Shown here one piece after another: positions 29,206 through 38,861 of a DNA stretch of 64,000 bases (within the stretch, counting starts at the first letter, position 1; each line of letters starts with the position of its first letter). The position numbers and the translations under genes were made by a program. Under the pieces are notes generated by a model that worked only from the letters and a program-made list of their open reading frames with translations, searched no databases and was not told the DNA's origin. Where the stretch lies: assembly GCA_958296175.1 (NCBI GenBank), contig OY282448.1:719899-783898 (forward strand). Reading direction: 5' to 3'. The DNA is from an uncultured Chloroflexota bacterium. Lineage in GTDB: Bacteria; Chloroflexota; UBA11872.

Positions 29206-30270
29206 CTACAGCGGCCCGGCGGCGGGCCCGCGCTCCGCCGCGCGGCGGGCCGCGTCGACGAGGGCCACCACGCGGGCGGCGTCGGCCGCGCTGATGGACA
29301 TGGGGCGGCCATGCCCGACGGCGGCCAGAAACTCGTCCAACTCCTCCGCCCACGGATCGGCCGCGGGCACGGGAAGCGCGCGCGCGCCGTCGGGGCCAAC
29401 GACCCGAACGTGGTCCGCGCCTTCCTGGTAGCGAACCTCGCCTCGGCGGCACACGACCACGCGCCCGGCGCTGGAGGGCCCATCGAACCCCCGCCGGTAG
29501 ACGATGGTGGCCAGGCCGCCGTCCTGAAATTGCAGCGTGACGACCGCCGCGCAGCGTTCGAAGGGGCGGAGGCCCGCACCCGCGGCCGGCGCCTCGACCT
29601 CGGCGTGCCGTCCGTCGGCGCCGTCCACGGCCGCGGCGGCGTCGATGCGGACGATGGGCCCGCGGCCGTGGATGACCTGGAGCCCCAGCACCACGGCATA
29701 GGTCACCGGATGCCCGCTGACGCTTGGGACGAATCCGGCGCCGCGGCCGGCGCGCCGGTCGTTGGGGAACTGGATGACCAGCGTGTCGTGCAGCGCTCCG
29801 CCCAGGGCGTTGACCTGCGCGCGGATCAGCCGCGGCGCCGGCCGCAGCGGGCTGGTGTGGCCCACGCGGACGACCAGGCCGTGCGCGCGCGCCAGGTCGA
29901 GCAACTGCGCCGCGTCCAACGGCGTGAGCGCCAGCGGCGATTCGCTGAACAGATGCTTGCCGGCGGCCAGGGCGGCGGCGCCAAACGCGGCGTGCGTGTC
30001 GGGATGCGTGGTCACCATCACCGCGTCCACGTCGCCGCGCCGCACGGCGGCCAGGGCGTCACGGCTGTGCTCCACCCCGAAGCGCCGCGCCAGCGCCGCG
30101 GCGGTGCGTTGGTTGCGGCCGGCGATGACGACCAGGCGCGCGCCGCCGCAGGCGGCCAGGTCCTCGGCCCGCGCCGCGGCCATGCCGCCGCTGCCCACGA
30201 TGGCAACCCCAAGCAGCCCGGATGCGGACACGGGCACGGCCCACCTGCCCAAACAGCGGCGCGCCCGCAT
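29206..30270 (-). CDS. Gfo/Idh/MocA-family oxidoreductase
   Basis: Rossmann fold GVAIVGSGGMAAARAEDL...; start is uncertain (ATG 30270 or an internal GTG). Confidence 0.7.
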   Translation of the reverse strand: MRARRCLGRWAVPVSASGLLGVAIVGSGGMAAARAEDLAACGGARLVVIAGRNQRTAAALARRFGVEHSRDALAAVRRGDVDAVMVTTHPDTHAAFGAAALAAGKHLFSESPLALTPLDAAQLLDLARAHGLVVRVGHTSPLRPAPRLIRAQVNALGGALHDTLVIQFPNDRRAGRGAGFVPSVSGHPVTYAVVLGLQVIHGRGPIVRIDAAAAVDGADGRHAEVEAPAAGAGLRPFERCAAVVTLQFQDGGLATIVYRRGFDGPSSAGRVVVCRRGEVRYQEGADHVRVVGPDGARALPVPAADPWAEELDEFLAAVGHGRPMSISAADAARVVALVDAARRAAERGPAAGPL

Positions 30271-30381
30271 TGTGAACTACCCGCCGCGCCCCGCGCGAAC
30301 GCCGCGCGCTCGGTCGGCACGGGCGAAGGCTAGGGCCAGGCGCGGTGCCGGGCGCGTATCTGGCGCGGACGCCCCGGCGCG

Positions 30382-31506
30382 CTAGGCGCCGCGCGCGGCC
30401 GCCAGCGCCTGGGAGAGGCCGCGGCGCGCGGCGGGGTCCAGGGCTTGCCAGTAGGCCAGCGTCAGGAGCGCAAAGGCGAGGCCGTTGGTCGTGCGGGCGC
30501 GGGACGGCGCGGCGGCGCGTTCGTGCAGGGTGAAGAAGAACCCGCCGTCGGGGGAGGCCAGACGGTCGAACATCGCGGCCGCGCAGCGCCGCGCGGCGCT
30601 GCGTGCCTGGGCGCGCCGATGGGTGGTGCGCCGGGCGTAGGCGGCCAGCAGGTGCACGGCGTCCATGTTGGCGCACGCGCCGCCATCGTGGAACAGGCCG
30701 TCGGGCCGCTGGCAGGCCAGCACGGCGTCGACCAGGCGTTCCACGCCGCGCTCCTGCACGCCCAGCGGCCACAACAGGTTCAGCGCCAGGTTGCGGTGGC
30801 CGCGCATGGCCCAGCCCAGCGCTACGCCTGGCCCCATGCCGATGAAGCCGGTGGCCGGGTCGCGGCGCGCCTCCAGCCAGGCCAGGACGCGGCGCGCGGC
30901 GTCGTCCAGGTCGTCCAGGCGCCCGATCCCGGCCAGACGGGTGTACAGCCACAGATACTGGAAGGCGGCCTTGGCGGCCGAGCGCGGGTCGTCGGCCCAG
31001 GTCTGGTCCAGGCGCGCCAGCGCCTGGGAGGCGTCCGCGGGCGCCCAGGGAAAGGCGCGCAGCCGTTCCAGGCCGCGCGGAAACGGCCGTGCCGGCGCGC
31101 CCAGCAGCTGGAACCCGAGGCGCGTCACGGCGTCGTTGTGCAGCCGCCAGGCGCCGGGGCCGCCCGAGGTCTGGCTGGCCGTGGGTTCGTAGATTCCCAG
31201 CTGCGGGTTGTAGGCCGCCCGCAGCGCCGCCAGCGTGCGCGGTCTGACTCGCTCGACCTCGGCCCGCGCCCCCACCAGCCGCAGCGCCAGCAGCCCCCAG
31301 ACCGTGGTCTCCACGCCGGTTGCGGCCCCGGGGTGCGGGTTCTCCAGAAACGGCTGTCCGGACCGCCCGTCGGCGGCAGTTACACGCGCGGCGTACGCCG
31401 CCACCCGCGCGCGCAGCTGCGGCGGAGGGTCGTGCAGGCGGGCAGGCACGAGCAGGGGTTCCGGCGCCGCCTGGGCGCAGCGCCGCGGGCGTTCGTCCGT
31501 CGTCAT
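30382..31506 (-). CDS. hypothetical protein, possibly prenyltransferase/terpene-cyclase-like alpha-alpha toroid repeats
   Basis: Repeats resembling DGGF-type prenyltransferase motifs (RPDGLFHDGGACANMDAVHLLAAY, SPDGGFFFTLHERAAA). Family call is weak. Confidence 0.4.
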   Translation of the reverse strand: MTTDERPRRCAQAAPEPLLVPARLHDPPPQLRARVAAYAARVTAADGRSGQPFLENPHPGAATGVETTVWGLLALRLVGARAEVERVRPRTLAALRAAYNPQLGIYEPTASQTSGGPGAWRLHNDAVTRLGFQLLGAPARPFPRGLERLRAFPWAPADASQALARLDQTWADDPRSAAKAAFQYLWLYTRLAGIGRLDDLDDAARRVLAWLEARRDPATGFIGMGPGVALGWAMRGHRNLALNLLWPLGVQERGVERLVDAVLACQRPDGLFHDGGACANMDAVHLLAAYARRTTHRRAQARSAARRCAAAMFDRLASPDGGFFFTLHERAAAPSRARTTNGLAFALLTLAYWQALDPAARRGLSQALAAARGA

Positions 31507-31559
31507 GCGGCGTCAGCCGCGGGCGGCGGCGTGCGCCCCGGCGCATGCGGCACGTCCGG

Positions 31560-31922
31560 CTAGTCCTCCGCGAACTCGGACATGATCTCGATGTTCGGGG
31601 CCAACCGGCCATCGCGCTCGATCAGCAGTCCCTGCGTATCGAGCACGTGGAGGTCGCGCTGTATCGTTCGGCGGCCGACCCGCCCGTAGACGGCGGCGAG
31701 CGCTCGGCTCTGGTCGTCGTCGTCATACAGTTCGCCGCGCAGCGACGGCCCTGCCAGGCGTCGGATGAAGTCCAGCATGCGCGCCCGCCGCCGGTCGCCA
31801 AGGTCGGGGACATTTTCGAGCCGCTCACGCGCGTACTCGAGAAACGCCGCGGCTCGCCGACGCGCACGCGCATATCGAAGTGCACGTCCCAGCGCGGCAT
31901 CCAAGCGGCCCTCCCGCGACAA
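31560..31922 (-). CDS. small winged-HTH DNA-binding protein (putative autoregulator)
   Basis: 120 aa. C-terminal GRRTIQRDLHVLDTQGLLIERDG recognition helix and wing. Start codon lies inside the TGTCGCG palindrome array. Confidence 0.5.
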   Translation of the reverse strand: MSREGRLDAALGRALRYARARRRAAAFLEYARERLENVPDLGDRRRARMLDFIRRLAGPSLRGELYDDDDQSRALAAVYGRVGRRTIQRDLHVLDTQGLLIERDGRLAPNIEIMSEFAED

Positions 31923-32011
31923 TCGCCGCGACAGTGTCGCATGGATTGTCGCGAAGCTCGAACCTGTTATCCGCCTGTAAATCGCGCGACATTGTCGCGG
32001 TCAATGTCGCG
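31915..32011. promoter_or_regulatory. operator array: five TGTCGCG / CGCGACA half-sites including two perfect palindromes
   Basis: CGCGACA 31915-31921; GCGACAgTGTCGC 31928-31940; TGTCGCG 31947-31953; CGCGACAtTGTCGCG 31985-31999; TGTCGCG 32005-32011. Lower GC than surroundings. Confidence 0.55.
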
Positions 32012-32058
32012 CAGCGCCTACTCTATGCGCCCCAGAAATCACCGTCGCGCTCAGACCC

Positions 32059-32277
32059 TCAGGCCATCAAATCCTCGATGCACTTGTCAATCGCGGCGTA
32101 GTAGCGCTCTGGGCACGGTGGGGCGCCTTTACCTCGTCCGGCATTTGGAGCTCGTCGGCTCGTGAGTCCGCGCGCACGCTTGACTTCGGCGATCCAGCAC
32201 GTCTTTACAGAACCTGGTTTTACGCCGAGCTTTCGAGCCGCACATTCCTGAATCTGCCGATATGTTGGCTCTGGCAT
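32059..32277 (-). CDS. small hypothetical protein (72 aa) in a low-GC patch
   Basis: ORF MPEPTYRQIQECAARKLGVKPGSVKTCWIAEVKRARG...; same orientation as the flanking genes; no family recognised. Confidence 0.3.
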   Translation of the reverse strand: MPEPTYRQIQECAARKLGVKPGSVKTCWIAEVKRARGLTSRRAPNAGRGKGAPPCPERYYAAIDKCIEDLMA

Positions 32278-32288
32278 CCGTCAACCTC

Positions 32289-33383
32289 TCAGCCCTCCCG
32301 CACGAACCGCAGCATCTGCTCGCGCGTCAGGCCGTGCAGCCGCAGGTCGGCCAGCGTGCGGCGGTTGGTGTCCAGCGGCTGGTCGAGCACGGTAAGCCCC
32401 AGGGCGATTACGGCCTCGATGACCGGGGTGGGCGCGTGCAGCGCCTCGCCCAGGCCGGCCCAGGCGCGCAGGCCGTAGGGCACGTCTTCGGAGAGCCAGC
32501 GGGTGTCCAGCTGGCCGGGGGCTTTGAGCGCCGTGAGCATCGGGCTGCCGTTGATCGTGGCCCACAGGTCGGGCGGCTCGGCGCGCGGGCCGAAGCCGGC
32601 GGCGTGAAACGCCTCGGCCGCGTCGGGCAAGTCGTGACCCAGGGCCGCCGCCACCGCGCGGCGTTCGGCGTCCAGCGCCATGATCGCGCGCACCACGCCG
32701 GGGGTCACGCCTTCGTCGTAGAAATAGAACTCGCCGCGCGAGCGCTCGATGCGCCCGGCGTTCAGCAGCACGCCCGGCGGATGCACCACGGGGTTCAAGG
32801 CGCTCAGCCCGCAGGCCAGCACGTCGGGCGCGGGCGCGATGCCGGGAAAGAAGCGCGTCAGCGCGTCCAGCACGCGCGCGGTGTCCCGCGCCGGAAACAC
32901 GCCCAGACTCAGGCGCGGCACCACGCCCCAGATGGTGGCTTCGGCCGGGCCGGTCTTGCGGCAGACGTAGGGCGCGGTGTCGGTTTCGGCCACAGGAATG
33001 GGGGGCGCGCCCGCCTCGCGCAGGATGCCGGCCACTTCCAGCGCCCCCAGCGTGCCCGGCATGAGCGTGAGCGTCTGCCCCTGGCGCAGATGCGGCGCCA
33101 GCGCCCGCGCCCAGGGCGCGTGGGCGTAGGCCGGCACGATCAGCAGCAGCGTGTCCGAGGCGGCCGCGGCTTCCGCCGCGTCGTCCGTAACCGCGGCAAC
33201 CTGCGCCGCGCCCGTCCGCGCCGCGCCGTGCAGCTCGATGACGCCGGACGCGCGCACGGGGTCGATGGCCGCGGCAAACGCCGGCAGCTCCCCCAGCGTC
33301 ACGGCATGCCCGGCCAGCGTCAGATCGGCCGCCGCGGCCAACCCGGTATTGCCCGCGCCCAACACGGTTACGTCGGTATCCAC
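32289..33383 (-). CDS. NAD(P)-dependent octopine/nopaline (opine) dehydrogenase-family protein
   Basis: N-terminal VTVLGAGNTGLAAAADL Rossmann motif; overall similarity to opine dehydrogenases. Confidence 0.65.
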   Translation of the reverse strand: MDTDVTVLGAGNTGLAAAADLTLAGHAVTLGELPAFAAAIDPVRASGVIELHGAARTGAAQVAAVTDDAAEAAAASDTLLLIVPAYAHAPWARALAPHLRQGQTLTLMPGTLGALEVAGILREAGAPPIPVAETDTAPYVCRKTGPAEATIWGVVPRLSLGVFPARDTARVLDALTRFFPGIAPAPDVLACGLSALNPVVHPPGVLLNAGRIERSRGEFYFYDEGVTPGVVRAIMALDAERRAVAAALGHDLPDAAEAFHAAGFGPRAEPPDLWATINGSPMLTALKAPGQLDTRWLSEDVPYGLRAWAGLGEALHAPTPVIEAVIALGLTVLDQPLDTNRRTLADLRLHGLTREQMLRFVREG

Positions 33384-33620
33384 GCGCCCCTCCCCGCAGC
33401 CCGCGGCGGTGACCAGCGTCCTGGCCGCCGTCCGCCTCGACGTGCAATCGCCCCAGCGGGCGCCTGCCTGCGCGCGAGTGTTGCACAGGTCCCTTCCAGC
33501 AAAGCCGCGCGGTGACCAGCGTTCACCCAGCGGCGGCGGCCAGGCCGCGCCGCGCCGTCCGCGCGCGGGCGGCCCGATGCGTTACGGTTCGAGCGCCCGC
33601 GCGTGCGAGACTCGTGCCTG

Positions 33621-34655
33621 ATGAACGGCGATCCGTTCCGCGTTGCCTTGACCGACGGCCTGCGTTACGAGCGCGTGCTGGAGCACCGCCAGCCGCTGGA
33701 CGACGCCGGCGTCGAGCTGGAGGTGGTGGCCGCGCCCGCCAGCGACGCGGAAGCCGCCGCGCGCCTGGCCGGCTTCCAGGGCGTGATCTACTCGCACGGC
33801 CCCTATCGGCTGCACGCCTTCGACCAGCTGCCCGACCTGGTGGGCGTGATTGCGCCCACGGTCGGCGTAGACCACGTCGACGTGCAGGCGGCCACCGCGG
33901 CCGGCGTGGTGGTGGGCAACATCCCGACCTTTGCCACCGAGCAGACCGCCGACATTGCGCTCTACCTGATGCTGGGAGCGGTGCGGCGGCTGCCGCAGAT
34001 TCGGCGGGAATGGGCGGCCGGCCACCGCGCCATTGCGGACTGGGAACGGCGCGTGCCGGCCATTGGGGACATGCGCGGCAGCGTGCTGGCGCTCATCGGC
34101 CTGGGGCGCATCGCCCGCGCCGCGGCCAGCCGCGCCCAGGCCTTTGGCGCGCGCTGCATCGCCTACGCCCCCACGGTCTCGCCCTGGGAAGCGCAGGGAC
34201 TGGGCGTGAACCTGGTGGAACTGTCCGAGGCGCTGGCGCGCGCCGACATCGTGTCGATCCATCTGCCCTACACCCCCGGCACGCACCACTTCATGAACGC
34301 CGCGCGGCTGGCGCAGATGAAGCCCTCGGCCGTGCTTATCAACGTGTCGCGCGGGCCCATCGTGGACGAGGCGGCGCTGGCGGACGCGCTGGAGGCGGGC
34401 GCCATCGCCGGCGCGGGGGTGGACGTGTTCGAAACCGAACCGCCCACCCCGCAGACGCGGCTGGTGAGCCTGCCCAACGTGATCTGGACCCCGCACGTCG
34501 GCGGCTCCACCGGCGTCAGCGTGCACCGCGTCGGCCACGGCGCCGCCGAACAAATGGCCTGGATCGCCCAAGGCTTCTGGCCCCGCGACACCGTAAACCC
34601 CGAAGTCACCCCCCGCCGCCGCCTAACCAGCCGCGGCTATCCCGAGCCGGCATAG
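33621..34655 (+). CDS. D-isomer-specific 2-hydroxyacid dehydrogenase family protein
   Basis: GLGRIARAAASRAQAFGARCIAYAP (GxGxxG); catalytic region INVSRGPIVDEAAL...WTPHVGG. Confidence 0.8.
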   Translation: MNGDPFRVALTDGLRYERVLEHRQPLDDAGVELEVVAAPASDAEAAARLAGFQGVIYSHGPYRLHAFDQLPDLVGVIAPTVGVDHVDVQAATAAGVVVGNIPTFATEQTADIALYLMLGAVRRLPQIRREWAAGHRAIADWERRVPAIGDMRGSVLALIGLGRIARAAASRAQAFGARCIAYAPTVSPWEAQGLGVNLVELSEALARADIVSIHLPYTPGTHHFMNAARLAQMKPSAVLINVSRGPIVDEAALADALEAGAIAGAGVDVFETEPPTPQTRLVSLPNVIWTPHVGGSTGVSVHRVGHGAAEQMAWIAQGFWPRDTVNPEVTPRRRLTSRGYPEPA

Positions 34656-34838
34656 GGCCGAACGGCCCACGCCTCCATGCGGGCCTTGGGATCGTCCCAG
34701 GGTGACGCGGCCTGCGGCTTGCTGCCCCAAGTACCTTCGCGCCACGACCTGCTGGCACCTGCGGTCTCGATGTTCGACCACACGAGCCGGCCAGCGTTCG
34801 TTCGCTTCCGGCAACCGTCGCGGGCGGCATATCCACCG

Positions 34839-35657
34839 CTACGACTGCGAGGCCCCTTCCTGGTCGGCCAGAAACTGCCGCCCGGCGTCGGTGATCTCCC
34901 AGAGGCCGGGAGGAGTTCCGCGCAGCATCAATCCGCGCTGGACCAAGCGCAGTCTGGTGAAATGAACGTTCCACTGCCAGCGGACGCCGCCTGAACGAAC
35001 ATCTTGGTGATCGGTCTCTGTGAACTGGTCGGCCAGCGTTCTCCCAACGTAATCAACGACGAAAGACTTTGGCGCCGACCCGCCTGCTTTCACAAGGGCC
35101 TCCAGGACTGGCGTCGAGTACGCGCTTTGCGGAAGCTTCGGCCCATCTGGGATTCGTGTTCGATTCGCCGTTCCAGCTTCGTCGGCGAGCGCGCCCGCGT
35201 CGGCTGCGACGCTCCGTCCCCGGTCTGTGATTTCCCAGACGCCCCGTGGAGAATCCTGCTTCAGCAACCCGCGTCTGATCATTTCCATCCTGACGACGTG
35301 AACACGAGTGCGCCAGCGGACCCCGCGGCCTGATGGCAAACGCTGGAGGTCGCGCTCCGTCAGGCGGTCGGCGAGTTCCTTCTCGACGGCCTCGATGACG
35401 CTGACCGCCGGGGCCGCCCCGCCAGCTTCCACGAGGGTCGTCAAGATCGGCGCTGTGAACTCGCTTTGCGGCAGCACCGACCCTCGGCGCACGCTGGCAC
35501 CGGTCGCCGCGGGCTCCAACCCAAGGAGCCGCCGTAGAACGCTGTTCGGCGTGTCGACGAATGGTTCAGCGCACGCTTGCAAATACGCAAACACATCCTC
35601 GTCGACCGTGATCTTCTGAGCCCTGTTGATCTCCAATGTGCAACTACCGTCCTTCAT
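34839..35657 (-). CDS. DNA-binding protein: N-terminal ribbon-helix-helix-like segment plus two tandem Mrr_N-like winged-helix domains (paralog 1)
   Basis: 272 aa. KITVDEDVFAYLQACAEPFVDTPNSVLRRLLGL, then two repeats LPQSEx...GGSAP...LADxxTExDxQxxxSGxVRWxxxVxxxRxxLxxxGLxxxxxPxGxWEITDxGR. Low-GC gene (about 55%). Confidence 0.6.
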   Translation of the reverse strand: MKDGSCTLEINRAQKITVDEDVFAYLQACAEPFVDTPNSVLRRLLGLEPAATGASVRRGSVLPQSEFTAPILTTLVEAGGAAPAVSVIEAVEKELADRLTERDLQRLPSGRGVRWRTRVHVVRMEMIRRGLLKQDSPRGVWEITDRGRSVAADAGALADEAGTANRTRIPDGPKLPQSAYSTPVLEALVKAGGSAPKSFVVDYVGRTLADQFTETDHQDVRSGGVRWQWNVHFTRLRLVQRGLMLRGTPPGLWEITDAGRQFLADQEGASQS

Positions 35658-35735
35658 TCAGAGGCTTGCAGCCAACATTTATACAATGCACAACGGTTAG
35701 ATTCGCTTTCGCTGTCCCTCAGCAGTATCCATCTG

Positions 35736-36524
35736 CTATGGCCGCTCGTTGCTTTCTGCGTCAGTCAGGAATTGCCGCCCGGCGCCGGTGATCTCCCAGA
35801 GGCCGTGTGGGCTGTCTTGTCTCAGCAACCCGCTCCTGACCAACTGCAGCCTAGCGAACTGCGTGCGACTCCTCCATCGGATTTCCCGGGCGGACGAAAG
35901 TTGCTGGCGGTCAAGTTCCGTCAGCCTGTCGGCAAGTATCCGCCCAACTGAGTCAACGACGTCGACCGTTGGCGCAGACCCGCCTGCCTCCACAAGCGTC
36001 CTCAAGACTGGCAATAAATATTCGGTCTGTGGAAGCCATGGTCCCCTAGCTGGGATATCTTGCTTTCCCTCGCTCGGTTTGTCTACGGGGGGATCCGCGT
36101 TCGTTAAGAATCGCCGCCCGGCTTCTGTTATCTCCCAGCTGCCGGGTGGAGTTCCACGCGTTATCAAGCCACGCTTGACCATCTGCGACTTGGCAACTTG
36201 TGCGCGATGCCGCCATCGAACGGGGCCTGACGATAATCGCTGAAGGTCAGCCCCTGTTAGCCGTCCGGCCAGCTGGCTCCAAACGGCATCCAGGACATCA
36301 GTCAACTTCGCCGACCCTCCGGCGTCTATGAGTGCCGTTAAGATTGGCACCATGTATTCGTCACTAGGCAGCAATGATTTTTTAGTCTTTACGGGGGGAT
36401 TCTCGTCGGGACGCCCAAGCCCCAAAAGCCGCCGTAGGACAGTGTTTGGCGTGTCGACGAAAGGCTTGGCCTTCGACTGGAGGAGTTCGTACACTTCCTC
36501 GTCCACGTCGATCCGCCGAACCAC
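35736..36524 (-). CDS. DNA-binding protein: RHH-like segment plus two Mrr_N-like winged-helix domains (paralog 2)
   Basis: GTG 36524 after GGAGGAAGCGG. IDVDEEVYELLQSKAKPFVDTPNTVLRRLLGL, then two repeats ending GSWEITEAGRRFL and GLWEITGAGRQFL. Low GC. Confidence 0.6.
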   Translation of the reverse strand: MVRRIDVDEEVYELLQSKAKPFVDTPNTVLRRLLGLGRPDENPPVKTKKSLLPSDEYMVPILTALIDAGGSAKLTDVLDAVWSQLAGRLTGADLQRLSSGPVRWRHRAQVAKSQMVKRGLITRGTPPGSWEITEAGRRFLTNADPPVDKPSEGKQDIPARGPWLPQTEYLLPVLRTLVEAGGSAPTVDVVDSVGRILADRLTELDRQQLSSAREIRWRSRTQFARLQLVRSGLLRQDSPHGLWEITGAGRQFLTDAESNERP

Positions 36525-36635
36525 CCGCTTCCTCCGAATCGTATGGGAGGGCCTGCGCGCACCATGCCCTACCCCTCCTCTGCTTGCAAGAATCCCGGCC
36601 CTTCGGCGTGCCGCCGGAAGCCTTAGGGGGCGCAC

Positions 36636-37634
36636 ATGACGGCTGGTCCTATCCGCTGGGGGATTTTGTCTACGGCGGCCATTGCTCGGCGGGCGGTGGG
36701 GCCGGCGATTCGGTTGGCTCGGAATGGGGTGTTGCGGGCGGTGGGGAGCCGTTCGTTGGGGCGGGCGCGGGCGTTTGCGGCGGAGCTGGAGATTCCGGCG
36801 GCGCATGGGTCGTACGAGGCTCTGCTGGCGGACCCGACGGTGGACGCGGTGTACGTGCCGCTGCCAACGGCGCTGCATCGGGACTGGGTGCTGGCGGCGG
36901 CGCGGGCTGGCAAGCACGTGCTGGTGGACAAGCCGTTTGCGGTGAACGCGGCGGAAGCGGCGGAGATGGCGGCGGCCTGCCGCCGCGCCGGGGTGCAGCT
37001 GCTGGAGGGCTTTATGTACCGCTACGACCCTCGGCACGCGCGGCTGCGGGCGCTGGCGGCCGACGGCGCGATTGGCGAGCTGCGGCGCGTGGTCACGGCG
37101 TTTGCGTTTCCCATCACGCGCAACGCGGCCAACGTGCGGCTGTCCCGCGCGCTGGCGGGCGGGGCGCTGGGCGACCTGGGGACCTATTGCGTGAGCGTCA
37201 GCCGTTTGCACCTGGGCGGCGAGCCTCGGCGGGCGGCGGCGCGCCTGGAGGTGGACGCCGAGTTTGGCGTGGACGTGGACGGGTCGGCGCTGCTGGACTT
37301 CGGCGCGGGGCGCGCGGCCGTGCTGGACTTCAGCTTCCAGACGGCGCGGCGGCAGTCGCTGGCGCTGGTTGGAACGGCGGGCGTCATCCAGGCCGAGCGC
37401 CATATTCTGGACGGCGGCGCGCCGAGCGAGATTCGGATTCGAACGGCGGGCCGCACGCTGACGGAGCGCTTCGAGCCGTTCGACCCTTACCGGGCGGAGG
37501 TGGAAAATCTGGGGGACGCCGTGCACGGCCTGGCGCCGCCGCTGGTGGACGGGGACGAAGCGGTGCGCAACATGCGCGTGCTGGACGCCGTGCGCGCCAG
37601 CGCGCGGCGCGGCGCCTGGGAGGAGCTGACATGA
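36636..37634 (+). CDS. Gfo/Idh/MocA-family oxidoreductase
   Basis: IRWGILSTAAIARRAVGPAI...VLVDKPFA... typical of the family. Confidence 0.8.
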   Translation: MTAGPIRWGILSTAAIARRAVGPAIRLARNGVLRAVGSRSLGRARAFAAELEIPAAHGSYEALLADPTVDAVYVPLPTALHRDWVLAAARAGKHVLVDKPFAVNAAEAAEMAAACRRAGVQLLEGFMYRYDPRHARLRALAADGAIGELRRVVTAFAFPITRNAANVRLSRALAGGALGDLGTYCVSVSRLHLGGEPRRAAARLEVDAEFGVDVDGSALLDFGAGRAAVLDFSFQTARRQSLALVGTAGVIQAERHILDGGAPSEIRIRTAGRTLTERFEPFDPYRAEVENLGDAVHGLAPPLVDGDEAVRNMRVLDAVRASARRGAWEELT

Positions 37635-38620
37635 TGCGGCGCGTGGCCAAACCGGCCGGCCGGTTCAACGTGGTGGTGGAAGACGCGCCTGTCCCCGCCG
37701 TGGGCGCTCACGAGGTACGGGTGCGCTCCGTGCGCAGCCTGATCAGCCGCGGCTCGGAACTCTGGCGCCGCTATATCCGCCAGGAAGCCATCGACCCGCA
37801 GATGATGGGGTATTCGGTGAGCGGGGTGGTGGACGCGGCGGGGAGCGAGGCGGCGGGGTTTGCGCCGGGCGACCGGGCGGCCATTTCGGGCCCGCACGCG
37901 CAGGTCGTGGTGCAGGACGCGCGCCCGAACGTGATTGGCGGCGGCCCGGCGGTGACCGCGCTGCCGGACGCGGTCAGTTTCGAGCAGGGCGCGTTCTGGC
38001 CGCTGGTGACGAGCGCGGTGCTCTGGGTGGACGCCGAAGATATTCAGCCGCGCGACACGGTGGTGATTCTGGGGCAGGGCCTGGTGGGGAGCCTGATGCT
38101 GCAAGTGGCGCGGGCGAACGGGCGCGGGCGCCTGGCGGCGGTGGACGCGCTGCCGCGGCGCTGCGGCCTGGCGGCCGAGCTGGGCGCGGACGAGGTTATC
38201 GACGCCGCGGCCGAGGACCCGGTGGCGCGGGTGCTGGAGCTTACGGACGGGCGCGGCGCGGAGGTGGTGGTGTACGCCGTGGGCGGCCGCGCCGGCCTGC
38301 GCGCCTTTGCCCAGGCGCAGCGCATGGCGGCGGACGGCGGCCTGCTGCACGTGGTGGGGCTGTACGAAGACGATCCGCTGCCGTTGTCGTCGCGCAGCAT
38401 CCAGCGCAAGCGCCTGATCGGCGGCGCGCTGCCGGACGGCGACCGCACGGCGGCCGCGGGGCGGGCGCTCGACCTGCTGGCGGGCGGCCAGATTGCCGCC
38501 GACCGCATGGTGACGCACCGTTTCCCGTTTCAGGAAGCGCCGCAGGCCTTTCGCTTCCTGCACGACCACCCCGACGAGGCCCTGGGGGTGCTGCTGACCT
38601 GGGACGGCGGCGGGGACTGA
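37631..38620 (+). CDS. zinc-type (MDR) alcohol dehydrogenase-like protein
   Basis: ATG 37631 overlaps the upstream stop. VVILGQGLVGSLMLQVA (GxGxxG). MDR fold. Confidence 0.7.
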   Translation: MMRRVAKPAGRFNVVVEDAPVPAVGAHEVRVRSVRSLISRGSELWRRYIRQEAIDPQMMGYSVSGVVDAAGSEAAGFAPGDRAAISGPHAQVVVQDARPNVIGGGPAVTALPDAVSFEQGAFWPLVTSAVLWVDAEDIQPRDTVVILGQGLVGSLMLQVARANGRGRLAAVDALPRRCGLAAELGADEVIDAAAEDPVARVLELTDGRGAEVVVYAVGGRAGLRAFAQAQRMAADGGLLHVVGLYEDDPLPLSSRSIQRKRLIGGALPDGDRTAAAGRALDLLAGGQIAADRMVTHRFPFQEAPQAFRFLHDHPDEALGVLLTWDGGGD

Positions 38621-38861
38621 CGGGGAACGGGGCGGGGCGCGCTCGCTCGGACGCGCCTGCGGCGCCCGTCAGCCTAGCGCCGACGCGGGGGAGCGGCGCG
38701 GCGGTGTTGCGGCAGAGTCGGCCGCGGCAGGCCAGCAGGGGCGGGCATGCCGCGGTTGGGACGGGGTCTGGCCGGCGCCCGCTGCGCCTCGGGCGGTCCG
38801 CCGGGCGCGGCCACTTTCTTGGTTGCGGGCGGGCGGGTTCCTTCGAGCGGCCAGCGGCGGC

